This document shows, in pieces, positions 12,514 through 28,631 of a stretch of DNA of 64,000 nucleotides (within the stretch, counting starts at the first letter, position 1; every line of letters starts with the position of its first letter). The translations under genes were made by a program, and so were the position numbers. Location: the NCBI RefSeq assembly GCF_006345805.1, contig NC_042997.1, positions 39,990,001-40,054,000 of the forward strand, in the 5' to 3' direction. Origin of the DNA: Octopus sinensis. Lineage: Eukaryota. A model generated the notes under the pieces. The model was given only the letters and a program-made list of their open reading frames with translations. It had not been told where the DNA came from and did no database searches.

Positions 12514-15002
12514 ACATTTATATATACGTATGTTATTCCAAATTTTGGATGGCTTGACTACAAAGTAAACGCGTTAGTACGATCAGTCAAGATAGGATAT
12601 GCAGAGACCCGCTTACCGTAGGTGACCGGATTAGCGAGCTAGTTAAGCTTGAATAGACAGTGGCAATTATAAATTACAAATGGCGAGTTTCAAAAGGAAA
12701 ATTAGAGTAGAATCAGTTGAGTAATGATGAAGTAGTTAGACAGATTATTTAATAAATTATTTAGAATTTAGAAGAGGCTTTTAGAAAGGCATCACAACCG
12801 AAGTAGTAACCACCTAAACTATTCTTGACCATTTCTTTGAAGATGAAGGGAAGGCTGTGTTTTCCTACATAAAGCAAGCGTTCTAAAACACATAGGAACT
12901 AAAGCTGTTATTTAACAAAGCTATGACGACCGACAGTTACCACGTTTAGGAATGATCCAGTTCTTGATCAAGTCTCCTGCCAAGCACTCATCACCTTGAG
13001 GGATAGGCTATTTAATTCTGCCTGTTGACTAGCGTGAGAGAAGTTGTATGGTGGACGCGTTTGAAAATACAAAACTATGATTCTCCGATCAGCTCCTCAT
13101 CTTGTTCAACTTGAAATAGAGGATGAGCAGTAGTGAAGGTTTCTACCCTGGATAAATTTGATAAAAGATGGATGCATGTGGGGAAGCTGATACTTGAATT
13201 TTGCGTGAAGATAGAAGTAAAGATGGGGTATATACCTGTAGCGCATGAAGAAGGCAACTCAACTGTACAGATATCAAGGGTAGGGCGATCTTCATAAGAC
13301 ACTAGGTTCTAAATAGATCTATCATATACGCGACAACAGCCTTTGAGATCTACCAGGTTTAGATAATGAAGAAAAATTGTACATCTGTTCCGAGTAAGAA
13401 TTTGCTATCATTAAGTCCCAGGATATATCACTGGCAATTAAAAATAGGGGCTATATATTTTTAAACGCATTTTATCAGATGAACTTATAATTAAGGCTTT
13501 AAATACATCAGCTTGTTTCTGTGGCGCTCTGTAAATTAAAACATAAATTGTTTGAAATTCGCTCAAGTTACTTCTGACATTCAGTAATTTCGATTTACAA
13601 TTTGCTCTTTTCGCTCTTAACTCATATACTTTATTATTTTTACGTATGTACGCTCCTTACATTTTATATTGTATTGCAGTAAAAGAAAATATAAGAAGCT
13701 GATAGAAATATAGAAGTATATTCATAGTACGTTAAGAAACTGTTCAACAGCTTGAAATATATTGTATTTGTCTGAGTAGTTATGTGGTGAAGAAAAATAG
13801 TATAGCTGATTTATCTGAGAGCAAAATTTTATAAATTAAACTGGTTGAATAATAAGAAAACATCACCGGAAAACAGAAAAAATAAACAATGAAGAAACTG
13901 GTAAAGGAATGAGTTCTAAGGCACGGGACAGGCCAATTGTTTATAAGGCCAGTGCAGGGAATATAATTCCCCTGTATGGAATCAATACGAATCAATGATA
14001 ACCCGGTCCTTTTGATTGGCACGATATCCCCCATTAATAAACTTCATTTCCTTCTAAAGCTATTGTTAAGCCGTGTCTTTCTTCTCTTCTTCCTATAGTT
14101 AATTTAAAGTATCTGTACTTTAGAGTTAGTCGGCTCCATAGCAAAACTACTGAAAACTACTTGGCATCGCGTAATTTTTTTTTATTCGTCACTGTTTATT
14201 CTATTGTCTTTTCTTAAATCTTCTCTCCTCAATACACTTCTTATCAAGTATTAAGACAACTGTGAATTTTCAAACTAGATGTCTGCGTCAGATTCACAGG
14301 AGACAAGAAAAAGCTTCCACTACACAGATCTCTCTCTTTAATACAACATATATATATATATATACAACAATCGCAACAAACCCGTCCCTACAAAAAAGCT
14401 GCTCCCAAAAGTCTAAAAATGAAATACCCATAAATTCAGTAAAAGAATCCTTGTGAGAGAAAAAAAAAAGAGAAAAGTCAGTGGGTTGTAGAGTGGCAGT
14501 AGTGGACTTACAGTATTTAATTACGTCCCTTTACATTCTGAGTTCACATCCCACTAAGGTCAACTTTCACTTTCATCACTCACGGGTCGATAAAATAAGT
14601 ACCTGTCAAGTACTATGGTTGTTTAAATTGACCATATATCTTTCGAAATATATTTGTGGCTTTATACCAATGTGAAAGGAGAAAAAGAAAAAAAAAAGAA
14701 AACAAATTAAATCAAGTATTTACGATAATAAATACAGTCAAATTCAAATTATGAAATTTATTGAAAAAAAAAATGAAATCTATAGTAAATAATTAAAATT
14801 CTCTTTAATTTTTCTTCTTTTGTTCTTATTTCTCATGATTTTATTTTCATTTTCATCAGAAGCATTTGTTTTCTCTAAATATTTTCTCCTTTCTTATAAT
14901 GCATTCTTTCACTTTTAAATTCCTTCAATATCTGGGCGAATTCATTCAGGTTTTATTCCACGAAAATGTTTTTCAGAGTTTTAATCAAAGCGTGTTCTTT
15001 TG

Positions 15003-15003
15003 G

Positions 15004-15056
<53 letters not shown>

Positions 15057-15090
15057 GCTACTGCTACTGTTACTGCTGCTACTACTACTT
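15003..15090. repeat. (CTA)n/(CTG)n microsatellite
   Basis: Direct reading. Confidence 0.95.
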
Positions 15091-16720
15091 TAGCTCGATA
15101 ACATGTCAACAGTAGTTTCTCCGCCTTGTTTTCTATTACGGCTTCCGCCCACGCATTTTCCCGTTTTCTATGGAATCGAAAAATCTCCATCTACAGAATC
15201 GTTGGTGGTAGTTCAGCTAACTCTATAAGCAACTACTACTACTACTGTCGCTAATAATAATAATGCAGCTGCGTTTCTCGCCTCATCGACTGAGAGACTG
15301 TAATAGTAATTGGTAATTACGGTCAGCGGCATCTATCTACTTTCATTATCATTATCGTACTAAACAGACCAATAACACTCCCACACAGCGATTCAATATC
15401 TCCCACTTTATTTCGTTAACAGTAGTAAAAGCAGCGGCAAAAACATCGATAGTTATAACAGCTACTGCAACTTTCTCGTTTTATAGTAAAAGAAAAAAAG
15501 AACTACTACAAAAGTGCTTTTCATTATTTTCAGTATGTTGCTGGCGACGACGACGAAGACATTTAGAACAATGATGATGTTTGGAATGGACGTGACGATA
15601 ACGGAAGAGAAAATGATGATGGTGAGCTGACGATTATGACGACAACTATGATGGTGGTGGTGGTGGTGATGATGATTATGATGATGATGGTAACGCCACT
15701 AAGTATGACAGAGACGATGTAAAGCAAAGAGACACATTTACACCTGTCGCGATGGTTTGGGCTACAACCGATGAAACTCATTAGATGATTAAGAAAGAAT
15801 TTTTTTTTTTCCATTTCAAAAACCATACATCAACACAAACGAGAACTTCGCTTGACTGTAGAATTTATCAAACCAAATCAACTTACAACCAAAATTGTAA
15901 CTGGACATACTTGAGAGAGAGAAAAAAAAAAAAAAAAATAGCAAAAAAGAAAAAAAAACAAAACAGAACAAAAAAAAACAAAAACAAAAATAGACGGAAA
16001 GTGGGAAAGACAGAACAGGAGACACAAGTGAAAGAAGAAGAGCGGTAACCGAAGAAACGGATAAGGAACTAAAAACAAATAATTTTCAGATATTTATTCA
16101 AAACTGTCCGAAAAACCTCGACCGCCTGAAAAATGGGTAACTCACATTAATTTCCTACAAATTTCATTACTAATTTTTATATCAATCGTATGTAAATTAT
16201 CCCATCCTTCCACTTTGTTCATAATAATCTTTCCACTGTATGTGTATTTTCTTAGTGTTTTTAATTGCACCTGAGACACATGTCACCTGTTTACTTCGAC
16301 CGTAATAATCTTTAAAAACAAAAAAAATTTAAATAAAACCACCTTGCCGGTACGATAGCACATGTATAGCGCACGTTTATTATTTTCTTTTTTTTTGATT
16401 TGTGTGTGCATATTTTTAAGAGTATATTTCTTTGTGTTCTTGCGAATGTAGTTAAATGCGACTATGTATTCTGTCAGTGCATAACTGTATATATATATTT
16501 TTTATCAATAATAATTCGATTTGTAGATGTACATAAATGCTTGCAAACGTGTATTTTATTTGTGTTTAACCAGCGGAATTGTTTAGTAAAATCACATTGT
16601 GCACATCAGTTTGCTTTAAATTTACAGAAATATTTCAAAATTGACAGACAATGAAAGAAAGAGAGGAACAGCGAAAGACCGAAAGACTAATGAAAGACTA
16701 GGAAGAGAGTGAAAAAGTAC

Positions 16721-16724
<4 letters not shown>

Positions 16725-16782
<58 letters not shown>
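16725..16782. repeat. (GA)n microsatellite
   Basis: Direct reading. Confidence 0.95.
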
Positions 16783-16783
<1 letters not shown>

Positions 16784-17148
16784 CGCATAGATAGATTTGT
16801 AATTTTACGTATGGAATTGTTATTTTACATTGTTCTCAAATTACGTATCTAAATATTCGAGAGTTAGTAGTTTAGAGATGGCTCAGACAATAAAGCAGCA
16901 GATGAAATATTTAAGAAAATTTACTTTTGAACCCTTCCAGTTCTGCATTAAATTCATACCAAGATCTAGTGTGGTGTGCGGGGGTGTATGAAAAACAAGT
17001 AACTGTAGTGTGCTAGTGTGTAGTGTCATTGCTTATCGAATGTTTTAGTTTCTAGAAGAAACAAATGTTTTTGTTTTCATACAGGTCAAAACAATACAAT
17101 GGAGCATCCTTTCCATTTTTCTGCACTACAACAAGATTACATATATAC

Positions 17149-17181
<33 letters not shown>

Positions 17182-18725
17182 ATATATATGTATTTATATG
17201 CATACATTCGTAATATTTAATATTTATTCAGGACTCCAGTGTGACGAGTCCGTTTTGTTGCTATTAAGACAGCTGCGTTCTTGTGCATGTATACATATGT
17301 GTGTTTGTGTGTGTGTCCCAGTAATAGTTGGTTTAGTCAAAGAATATTTAGATATGCGCTGTTACAGTAATTGATTCATTACATACAATAAGAATCAATT
17401 GTTTCGTTCTATTTTAAAAAAATTCCATCGTTATTCTTTATTACATAAGCATTTTGTTACAACAAATGTTTACATCAATTACTAAGGCTATGAATGGGAT
17501 CGTAATTGTGATACAAAAGCTGTAAGTTTCGTATTAGTTCGCGCTATATGTTTATGGTAACTTTACACAAGTTCTTGCCATATGCCCAGCAGCATCCAAG
17601 CCGCATAATAGATAATGTGTTAGCTTTATTCAAATGCAACAAAATACTCTATCTATGCAAAAGAGTATTAATCGTATCGTAGTTGTCAGTCGTTCTCCGT
17701 GTAAGCTGCAAACACAGCTAAATTTTCAGTTGAGTGCTCGAGGACAAGTACTATTTGAAATCTATTGCTATGCACAACGATTAGAGAACTAGATAAGGTC
17801 CCTTTACTGCGATAACAGGGCAGTAAGCCATATGGTATAAAGAAGGTGTGAGGAAGTAGTGTTGAGAAAACGACATTAAGCAATGTGGGAGTCAAGATAG
17901 TTCTTAAATTCCTTGTTAATCCCATATACTTCAGAGTTCGATATGTTCAATTTTATAGCAATGTAAACGTTGTTGAAAACATTGATATAATCAAAAGTAT
18001 ATTAGGACATCCAGTATGTCCCAAGGCCGTAAAAAGGTCTGGTCGTCTGACTTGGTCAAGTACCAATGTAAAATCTTCACAAATGCAATAGTCAGGGAAG
18101 TCTTTTGGTCTCTACACCACCACATATTCAGTTGGTGAAGAGAAGACTTCAATATTAACCATTTATTGTTTCGAACCGAATCCTCGTTGGCATTCTGTAC
18201 AATAAATAGATTGAGTTCTTAAATAAAGCACAACACGGGAAAAGCATTTACCTTCATAGCTTGGCTGAGATATGTCCTTGTAATTAAAGTAGCCTCAAAT
18301 ATGCACTGTTTTAATTTTTTTCTATAGTGTTGGCAAGCATTAAAAACCCTGTTTATGTTATTGTTGGTGTTTAGCACCAAGACGAACGTGATATAAAGGG
18401 GCCTACTAACAAAGGTAGGCCAGCCGTGACCATTTTGTTTGTTTAAGAGATTTACCAATTTACTATTCGCAGCATCCTGAAACTGATGCAAAACAGCGTC
18501 GTTAGTTACAGGTTTCATCAGGTCAATCACTTGTTCGCTGCATTTCTGACAGGATGAAGAATGATAGAGTACCTCCAACTCGGTGCAGAACAAATATCGC
18601 AAAGGGTCTTATTCGACGAGCACTTGCTTTTCAGTGTCTTTGCTTAAGTTTACATACTTTGTCGATATATACCAGCAAAACTTACACACAAACGTGTATA
18701 TATAGATGCTGCATACACTCATTAC

Positions 18726-18726
<1 letters not shown>

Positions 18727-18815
<89 letters not shown>

Positions 18816-18848
18816 TTGTCTACCTGTCTGTTTGTCTGTCTGTCTCAG

Positions 18849-18891
<43 letters not shown>

Positions 18892-18924
18892 GCCTGCCTG
18901 CCTGTATGTCTGTCTGTCTGTCTA

Positions 18925-19001
<77 letters not shown>

Positions 19002-19015
19002 ATCTATATCTATAT
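18727..19015. repeat. (CTAT)n/(CTGT)n tetranucleotide array
   Basis: Direct reading; source of the LSIY-repeat ORFs. Confidence 0.95.
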
Positions 19016-19017
19016 AT

Positions 19018-19410
19018 GCAGGCGTGGCTTTGTGGTAAGAATCTTGCTTCTCAACCACGTGGTTCCAGGTTCAGTCCCGATGTGTGGCCCCTTGGGTAAG
19101 TGTCCTTGTGAGGGGATTTGGTACACAGAAATTGAAAGACGCCCGTCGTATATATATATATAGCTATGTATGTATATCTTTGTGTCTGTGTTTGTCTCTC
19201 GCCACCACCACCACCACCACCACCGCCAACACTTGACAACCGATGTTGTTGTGCTTATGTCCCTGTAACTTAGCGGTTCCGCAAAATAGACCGATCGAAT
19301 GAGTACTAGACTTTAAAAAGTAAGTCCTGGGTCGTGTTCGACTAAAACCCTTCAAGGAGATGCCCCAGCATAGCCGCAGTCAAATGAGTGAAACAAGTAA
19401 AAGATAAAGG
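19018..19410 (+). mobile_element. SINE family 1
   Basis: Head, internal (TA)n/(CCA)n and tail all present. Confidence 0.85.
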
Positions 19411-19496
<86 letters not shown>

Positions 19497-19497
<1 letters not shown>

Positions 19498-19621
19498 AGC
19501 GTGGCTGTCTGGTAAGAAGCTTGCTTCCCAACCACATGACTTTTGGTTCCGTCTCACTGCGTGGCATCTTGGGCAAGTGTCTTGTGAGTGGATTTGATAG
19601 ATAGAAACTGAAAGAAGTCCG

Positions 19622-19625
<4 letters not shown>
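19497..19625 (+). mobile_element. SINE family 1, head only
   Basis: gcgtggctgtctggtaagaagcttgcttcccaaccacatg...ggaaactgaaagaagtccgtc. Confidence 0.8.
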
Positions 19626-19670
<45 letters not shown>

Positions 19671-19685
19671 ATATAATAAATAATA

Positions 19686-19800
19686 TTGGCCTGCTCGCTT
19701 AGCCAGCGGGGTGGCGTCATTTGAAGGCTAAAACAATGCGAAGCGCATTGTGACCAGCGATGTGTAGCAACATCTGATAGCCTGGTCGGTCACGGTGATA
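19686..19800 (+). mobile_element. SINE family 2 tail B, 5'-truncated
   Basis: Matches 58528-58650. Confidence 0.85.
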
Positions 19801-19971
19801 ATAAATAATATTAGGGTAATAAGAATTATAGAAATTATTATTACCAGTGGCCTAGCACAAAAAAATTAGTCAATAGATTATATATTATTCACATAAAAAT
19901 ATCGTGTACATTAATAGCCTCTTAATGTGTTTTAATGTACACAATATATATATATATATATATATATATAG

Positions 19972-20068
<97 letters not shown>

Positions 20069-20084
20069 TATGAGACCATTAGAA

Positions 20085-20200
20085 TAAATACTAGGCTTAA
20101 AAAATAAGACCTGGGGTCGATTTGTGCGACTAAAATCGTTCAAGGCTGTGCTCCAGCATGGCCGCAGTCTAATGACTGAAACAAGTAAAAGAATAAAAGA
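20085..20200 (+). mobile_element. SINE family 1, tail only
   Basis: ctggggtcgatttgtgcgactaaa...gctccagcatggccgcagtctaatgactgaaacaagtaaaag. Confidence 0.8.
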
Positions 20201-20869
20201 TATATATATATATATTCCCATCCGCTTCTGCCTAGTGTCTGTCTAACAAAATCCATTTAAGAAGCGTTTGTGAACCCGAGTTTACAGTAGAAGATATTGC
20301 CCTCTGTGATGCAGAATCGACCTCAAAGCCACGTGGTCACAAAATCAACTTCCTTGTTACACAGCCACACTTGCATCTAAGAACTACATTATATGGTGTA
20401 TCATTCTCCCTTTTAACATAGTGGATTATAGCTGAATGCTTCTTTGTTGAGTATTTCTAGCAGGGTAAGTGATTACATAAGGGCTACCTTATTGTTTTCT
20501 TTTATTTAAGCACCCTGATGGGTGTATTTCTTTTTCTGTGTGCATAGAAAGTATAGGAAATTGCCTTATTTATATTACCTTAAAGGTTATGTGTGTTCAA
20601 GTTGATAGAAAAGTAAAATCTGAAGAAATCGTCACCCGGTATTTTTAGTTATGAATTCTCTTACGCTTTTACTTGTTTCAGTCATTTGACTGCGGCCATG
20701 CTGGAGCACCACCTTTGGTCGAGCAAATCGACCCCAGGACTTATTCTGTGGATGCCTAGCACTTATTCTATCGGTCTCTTTTGCCGAACCGCTAAGTTAC
20801 GGGGACGTAAACGTACCACCATCGGTTGTCAGGCGATGTTGGGGGAACACACACATATATACAGACACA

Positions 20870-23523
<2,654 letters not shown>

Positions 23524-23834
23524 ATATGTTTATATGTCTGTGTTTGTCCTGCCAACATCGCTTGACAACCGATGGTGGTGTGTGTACGTCTCCGTAACTT
23601 AGCGGTTCGGCAAAAAGAGACTGATAGAATAAGTACTAGGCTTACAAAGAATAAGTCCTGGAGTCGATTTGCTGGACTGAAGGCGGTGCTCCAGCATGGC
23701 CGCAGTCAAATGACTGAAACAAGTAAAAGAGAATAAAAGAGAACATACATACAGACACATACACACACACACACACACATACATGCATACATACTTATGT
23801 GCGTGTATATATGTATATGTATATATAAATGTAT

Positions 23835-24235
23835 AGGTGCAGGCATGGCTGTGTGGTAAGAAGCTTGCTTCCCAACCACATGATTCCTGGTTCAGTCCTA
23901 CTGCGTGGCACCTTGGGCAATTGTCTTCTACTATAGCTTCGGGCTGACTAGTGCTTTGGGTGTGGATTTGGTAGATGGAAACTGAAAGAAGCCTGTGTTT
24001 GTGCTTGTGCGTGTGTCTTTGTGCCTGTGTTTATCCCTCCCCCCACTCATCGCTTGAAAACTGGTGCTGGTGTTTACGTCCCTGTAATCTAGTGGTTCGG
24101 CCGAAGAACCCGATAGAATAAGCACCAGCTTTAAAAGAAAAGGGTACTGCTGTCGATTCATTCGACTAAAAGCTTCTCCAAGGCATGCCCTATCATCACT
24201 GCAGTCTAGTTACTGAAATAAGTAAAATATAAAAG
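23835..24235 (+). mobile_element. SINE family 1, older copy
   Basis: Diverged full-length match. Confidence 0.85.
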
Positions 24236-24249
24236 ATATATATATGATA

Positions 24250-24650
24250 GATCGGTAGCCACTACACACATTTTTTTCTCTCCTTGTTTCTCTCCTTGTT
24301 TTTTTTTTCTGTGTCCCTTTCTGTAGAAGAGCGTAGGCTTGAAACGTAAAAGACTTTTTCTATTCCTGAGCGTTATACTAATACATCTGTTTGTTTTGTA
24401 CACCACCTGTCTTCGTCTTTTGTTTTTTTCGTAAACTCTCCCTATATATATATATCGTTAGCCACTACGCACATTTTTTTCTCTCCTTTTATTCTCTCCT
24501 TGTTTTTTTCTGTGTCCCTTTCTGTAGAAGAGCGTAGGCGCGAAACGTAAAAGACTTTTTCTATTCCTGAGCGTTATACTAATACATCCGTTTATTTTGT
24601 ATACCACCTGTCTTCGTCTTTTGGCTTTTTTCGTGAACTCTCCCCCTTTA
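24250..24650 (+). mobile_element. Tandem pair of ~200-bp Penelope pseudo-LTR / retrozyme-like units in (TA)n
   Basis: Period 201 bp; third copy at 46975-47165 on the minus strand. Confidence 0.7.
24317..24352 (+). ncRNA. Candidate minimal type I hammerhead-like motif (A6U variant); repeated at 24518-24553
   Basis: cttt-CTGTAGA-A-GAGC-gtag-GCTT-GAA-ACGT-A-aaag folds by hand into helix I, core, helix II and palindromic helix III with a GUA triplet. Confidence 0.45.
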
Positions 24651-25244
24651 TATATATGAGTGTGTGTCTGTTTGTATGTCTTTTACTTTTTATTTATTAA
24701 CATTCTTTCTTGAATGAGAGAACTGGTTTTTAACAAAGGAACAAAAGCTTCATCATTGGAGTCTGGATGTCAAGGAAGGTAATTATTACATATTGAACTT
24801 TAAGAAAGTCATGCATAGTTTTACTACACACACACAGACACACAAACACACACACACAACATACACATCTATGTATGGAATTTCAACAACATCAACAGGA
24901 TAGTTATACATGTTTGTGTATGTGTGCAAACATTTAGAATCAGTGTTGTGCTGATCTGTGTACTCATTGGTGTATGTCTTGACATATGCATATCTACTTA
25001 TATGCTAAACTTTTCGAAAGTTTTACATATTTTGACAGTTCCATTCATGGCTTGTAACTATTATAGTCATATTAACTCTCAGGTTTTGAGAACCCTAATT
25101 TCTTGAAATTGGTGCTGAAGCAAAAATCAGGACTTGCAATCCGGGTAGATGCACAGTAGTTGTGAATTTCTCAATAGTTCAGCGTATGTGTTTTCTTTGC
25201 CGCTGATTCTTAAGTTTATGTTGACATCTGCTAATTTTCACAGT

Positions 25245-25333
25245 CTATGTATGTATGTATGTATGTATGTATGTATGTATGTATGTATGTATGTATGTAT
25301 GTATGTACGTACGTATGTATGTATGTACGTACG
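25245..25333. repeat. (TATG)n microsatellite (also 26214-26440)
   Basis: Direct reading. Confidence 0.95.
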
Positions 25334-26213
25334 TACGTGATCTGATCAATAAGTATCCGGACTGTTGCCATAGTAATGAAGCCGAAGCACGCAGAGTAAA
25401 GCCGCTTGGCACAGATTGACCTCTGCTGTGTGCACGCACTAAGTTTTAACGTTCTAGCTCACTTCCACAGTTTACAGCAGTGTTTGGAAGGAAGGTGTGT
25501 AGCGTGTGATCGTCGCATTAACCACAACAGAGAAAGTTGAGCAGAGAATCTGCATCAAATTTTGCCAAAAAGCTTTGCGATACCTGCTCAGACGCCTACG
25601 CAAAGTTTTCAAAAAGTTTTCATCGTTCTCGACACAATCAAAGAGATCATGTGCAACTGAAACCGGAGTGTCTTTTTGCTCAGCTGAATGCAGTTATGGT
25701 ACAAACCTGGCAAATACGCGTCTCATACCCAAATAATGATAAGGGATTGAACTGAATCGTAACTAATCTTTACTGCCTCTGATGGTGATTCGACGATTTC
25801 TCCTCACAGCTGTACGCACATCTGCAATATTTTTCTAATTTCTGCTGGTTGTGGGTCTCTCAGAACGTTCGTCAATATCGACATTATTTCGGCCATCTTG
25901 GAAACGTGTGAACCACTCATACGTTTGTGTGCGGCTCATACACTCCTCTCCATACGCTTTCTGCAAATTTGTGTTGGCTTTTAAGCAGGTATCGCCATGA
26001 CAACTCTCTCCGTCGGGGTCAATGCAGCGATCGCACGCTACACACCTCCTTTCCAAGCTCTGATGTAAACAACGGAAGTGAGCCGGAAACGTTAAAACTT
26101 AGTGCGCATGCACAGCAGAGTTCAAAGTCAGTCTTTGCCAAGCGGGTTCACTCTGCGTGCTTTAGCTTCATTGTCATGGCAACGGGCCGGATACTTATTG
26201 ACCACACCTCGTA
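25334..26213. mobile_element. Mariner derivative built from two left ends in inverted orientation
   Basis: Plus: TIR then TEKVEQRICIKFC. Minus: TIR then YGEECMSRTQTYEWFTRFQDGR...ERSERPTTS, LGMRRVFARFVP, ENDENFLK. Junction at ~25605-25620. Confidence 0.88.
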
Positions 26214-27025
26214 CGGATGTATGTATGTATGTATGTATGTATGTATGTATGTATGTATGTATGTATGTACGTACGTATGTGTATGTATGTATGTATGTAT
26301 GTACGTATGTATGTGTATGTATGTATGTACGTATGTGTGTATGCATATATGTATTTATGTATGAATGTATGTATGTATGTACGTATGTGTGTATGCATAC
26401 ATGTATTTATGTATGTATGTATGCATGTATGTATGTATATTACACACGTCCGTCCGTCTGTTCCTTTATCCATCCTTAATTTCATAATATTGAAAGAAAC
26501 TTATAGCTCTGTAATAATTTAAATACTAAGCAAAATGATTTCAAACGGTTAATCATAACATTGAATATAGAACAACGTAGCTATTTTATTTTCATGTCTA
26601 ATGAATCTTTTTCTTTTTATCGGCCTTGTATGAAGACGAAGGATAGCTTCTATGATCTTTTGTGGCACTTCCCAAACTACTAGGAAAAGGGAGGACTGAA
26701 ATCACATCATTTGGTTTGATGTAACTGGAAGCAGAGTATCAATATAATCGAGTTATTTAACCTCAGAGCGGTTCGAAGGCACGCAGAAAGGAAAAAGCAA
26801 ACGGGTATCCTAGCGTGATTATCTTCCCGTTCTCTCCCTCAGTGATAGCAATACTCCTGGTTATCCTTCTGGTCTTCGCAGGTCATCAAAATCTGGGGTC
26901 CATGCACAAGCCCACATACATCCACTTCTATATATCTCTTGAAGGTGAGAACAAGTCAAAGATCAACATTAATATAAATATTTGTGCCAATAGCTTCCTC
27001 TTTTCCATGTACTGTAAAACAAATA

Positions 27026-27254
27026 TTAACAAGTACAGCCGCTAAAAGATGAGATTGTACGAATGAGGGCAATGATGGAATTAACTGACATCCCAGTAGT
27101 CGTCGGGGCACTGGGAGCATGGGAAGTGAAATGCCAATAATAATAATAATATCAACAATAACAACAGCAACAGCAATAAGTTTGGACGTCATCTTGAATG
27201 CTCCAATGAAAAAGTATTTTTTACAAGAATTACCAAATGGAATTACCAAAAGGC
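27026..27254 (+). repeat. Left arm of ~230-bp inverted duplication containing a Dong/R4 endonuclease remnant plus (AAT)n tail
   Basis: Reverse complement of 28342-28570; encodes QPLKDEIVRM..MELTDIPVVVGALGA. Confidence 0.9.
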
Positions 27255-27634
27255 ATCACAAGCGTGTGATGCCTGAATAGTATCTGCTTTCTCACCTTAA
27301 CATCGACGTTATCCAGAAAGGGAGGTACACGGTTCCTGAAAAATCAGCCAAAGCATATAGAAACCTTCACCATCGTTTGATAATTAGCGAGATGTCATCT
27401 TCGTCCTGGTCATTTTCTGAGTAAATTCTCCGTACGAAGAGACATACCTCATCTATACATTCCTCTATACGTCTCCTTTACATCGAACTGGCTCATCAAA
27501 GCGCTCTAATGCGACCGACAACAATTGCAAACTGATTGCTGCTGCTGTCGTTGTTGTTGTTCACACTGTTTAAACGCCATTTTCTCCTTTAGAATTTCTG
27601 CTCTCAACAGTATTTAAAAAAAAATTTCCATTAC

Positions 27635-28042
27635 TCTTTTATTCTTTTACTTGTTTCAGTCATTTGACTGCGGCCATCCTGGAGCACCGCCTTTAGTCGA
27701 GCAAATCGATCCCGGGACTTATTCTTTGTAAGCCCAGTACTTATTCTATCGGTCTCTTTTGCCGAACCGCTAAGTGACGGGGACGTAAACACACCAGCAT
27801 CGGTTGTCAAGCAATGCTAGGGGGACAAACACACACACAAAAACATATACACACACACTTATATAAATATATATACATATATACGACAGGCTTCTTTCAG
27901 TTTCCGTCTACCAAATCCACTCACAAGGCATTGGTCGGCCCGGGGCTATAGCAGAAGTCACTTGCCCAAGATGCCACGCAGTGGGACTGAACCCGGAACC
28001 ATGTGGCTGGTTAGCAAGCTACTTACCACACAGCCACTCCTG
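27635..28042 (-). mobile_element. SINE family 1, full length
   Basis: Full consensus match. Confidence 0.9.
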
Positions 28043-28341
28043 CTCCCATTGTATAACATTAAGTTTTATCTATTTTTTTCCTTGCTCATGTGATTTTTTT
28101 TTCATGGATATATTTTCCTTTTATGAAAATACTTTGATGGACCCTTGGTTACATTATTGGAGCGAATGTAGCTCCCTCTATGGCAAGCATCTCTTTCCTG
28201 CTTCTTCTGAGACTGAAATTTTGCAAGCCCGTAAATAATGCAAATGATACAGGACAGAAGTATGCACACTTGAGAAATATAATATTTGTCCAAGGTTTTT
28301 CTTCTATCACAGACAAAGAAGAGAATATTTAAATATTTAAG

Positions 28342-28570
28342 AGCCTTTTGGTAATTCCATTTGGTAATTCTTGTAAAAAAAAAACTTTTTCATTGGGGCA
28401 TTGAAGATGACATCCAAACTTATTGCTGTTGTTGATATTATTATTATTATTATTATTATTATTGGTATTTCACTTCCCATGCTCCCAGTGCCCCTACGAC
28501 TACTGGGATGTCAGTTAATTCCATCATTGCTCTCATTCGTACAATCTCATCTTTTAGCTGCTGTACTTCT
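28342..28570 (-). repeat. Right arm of inverted duplication
   Basis: Reverse complement of 27026-27254. Confidence 0.9.
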
Positions 28571-28631
28571 TAATCTCTTCTTGTTGATGTTGTTGTTGTT
28601 GTTGTTGTTGTTCTTCTTCTTCTTCTTCTTT

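Noticed and set aside
17680-18660. Coding-looking stretch with [13 protein letters not shown], reminiscent of a Penelope RT thumb
   Set aside because: Single weak motif; I could not recover upstream RT motifs in any frame.
24250-24650. CRISPR-like array (also the 472-594 repeat)
   Set aside because: Only two units, no unique equal-length spacers, no cas genes, and eukaryotic context.
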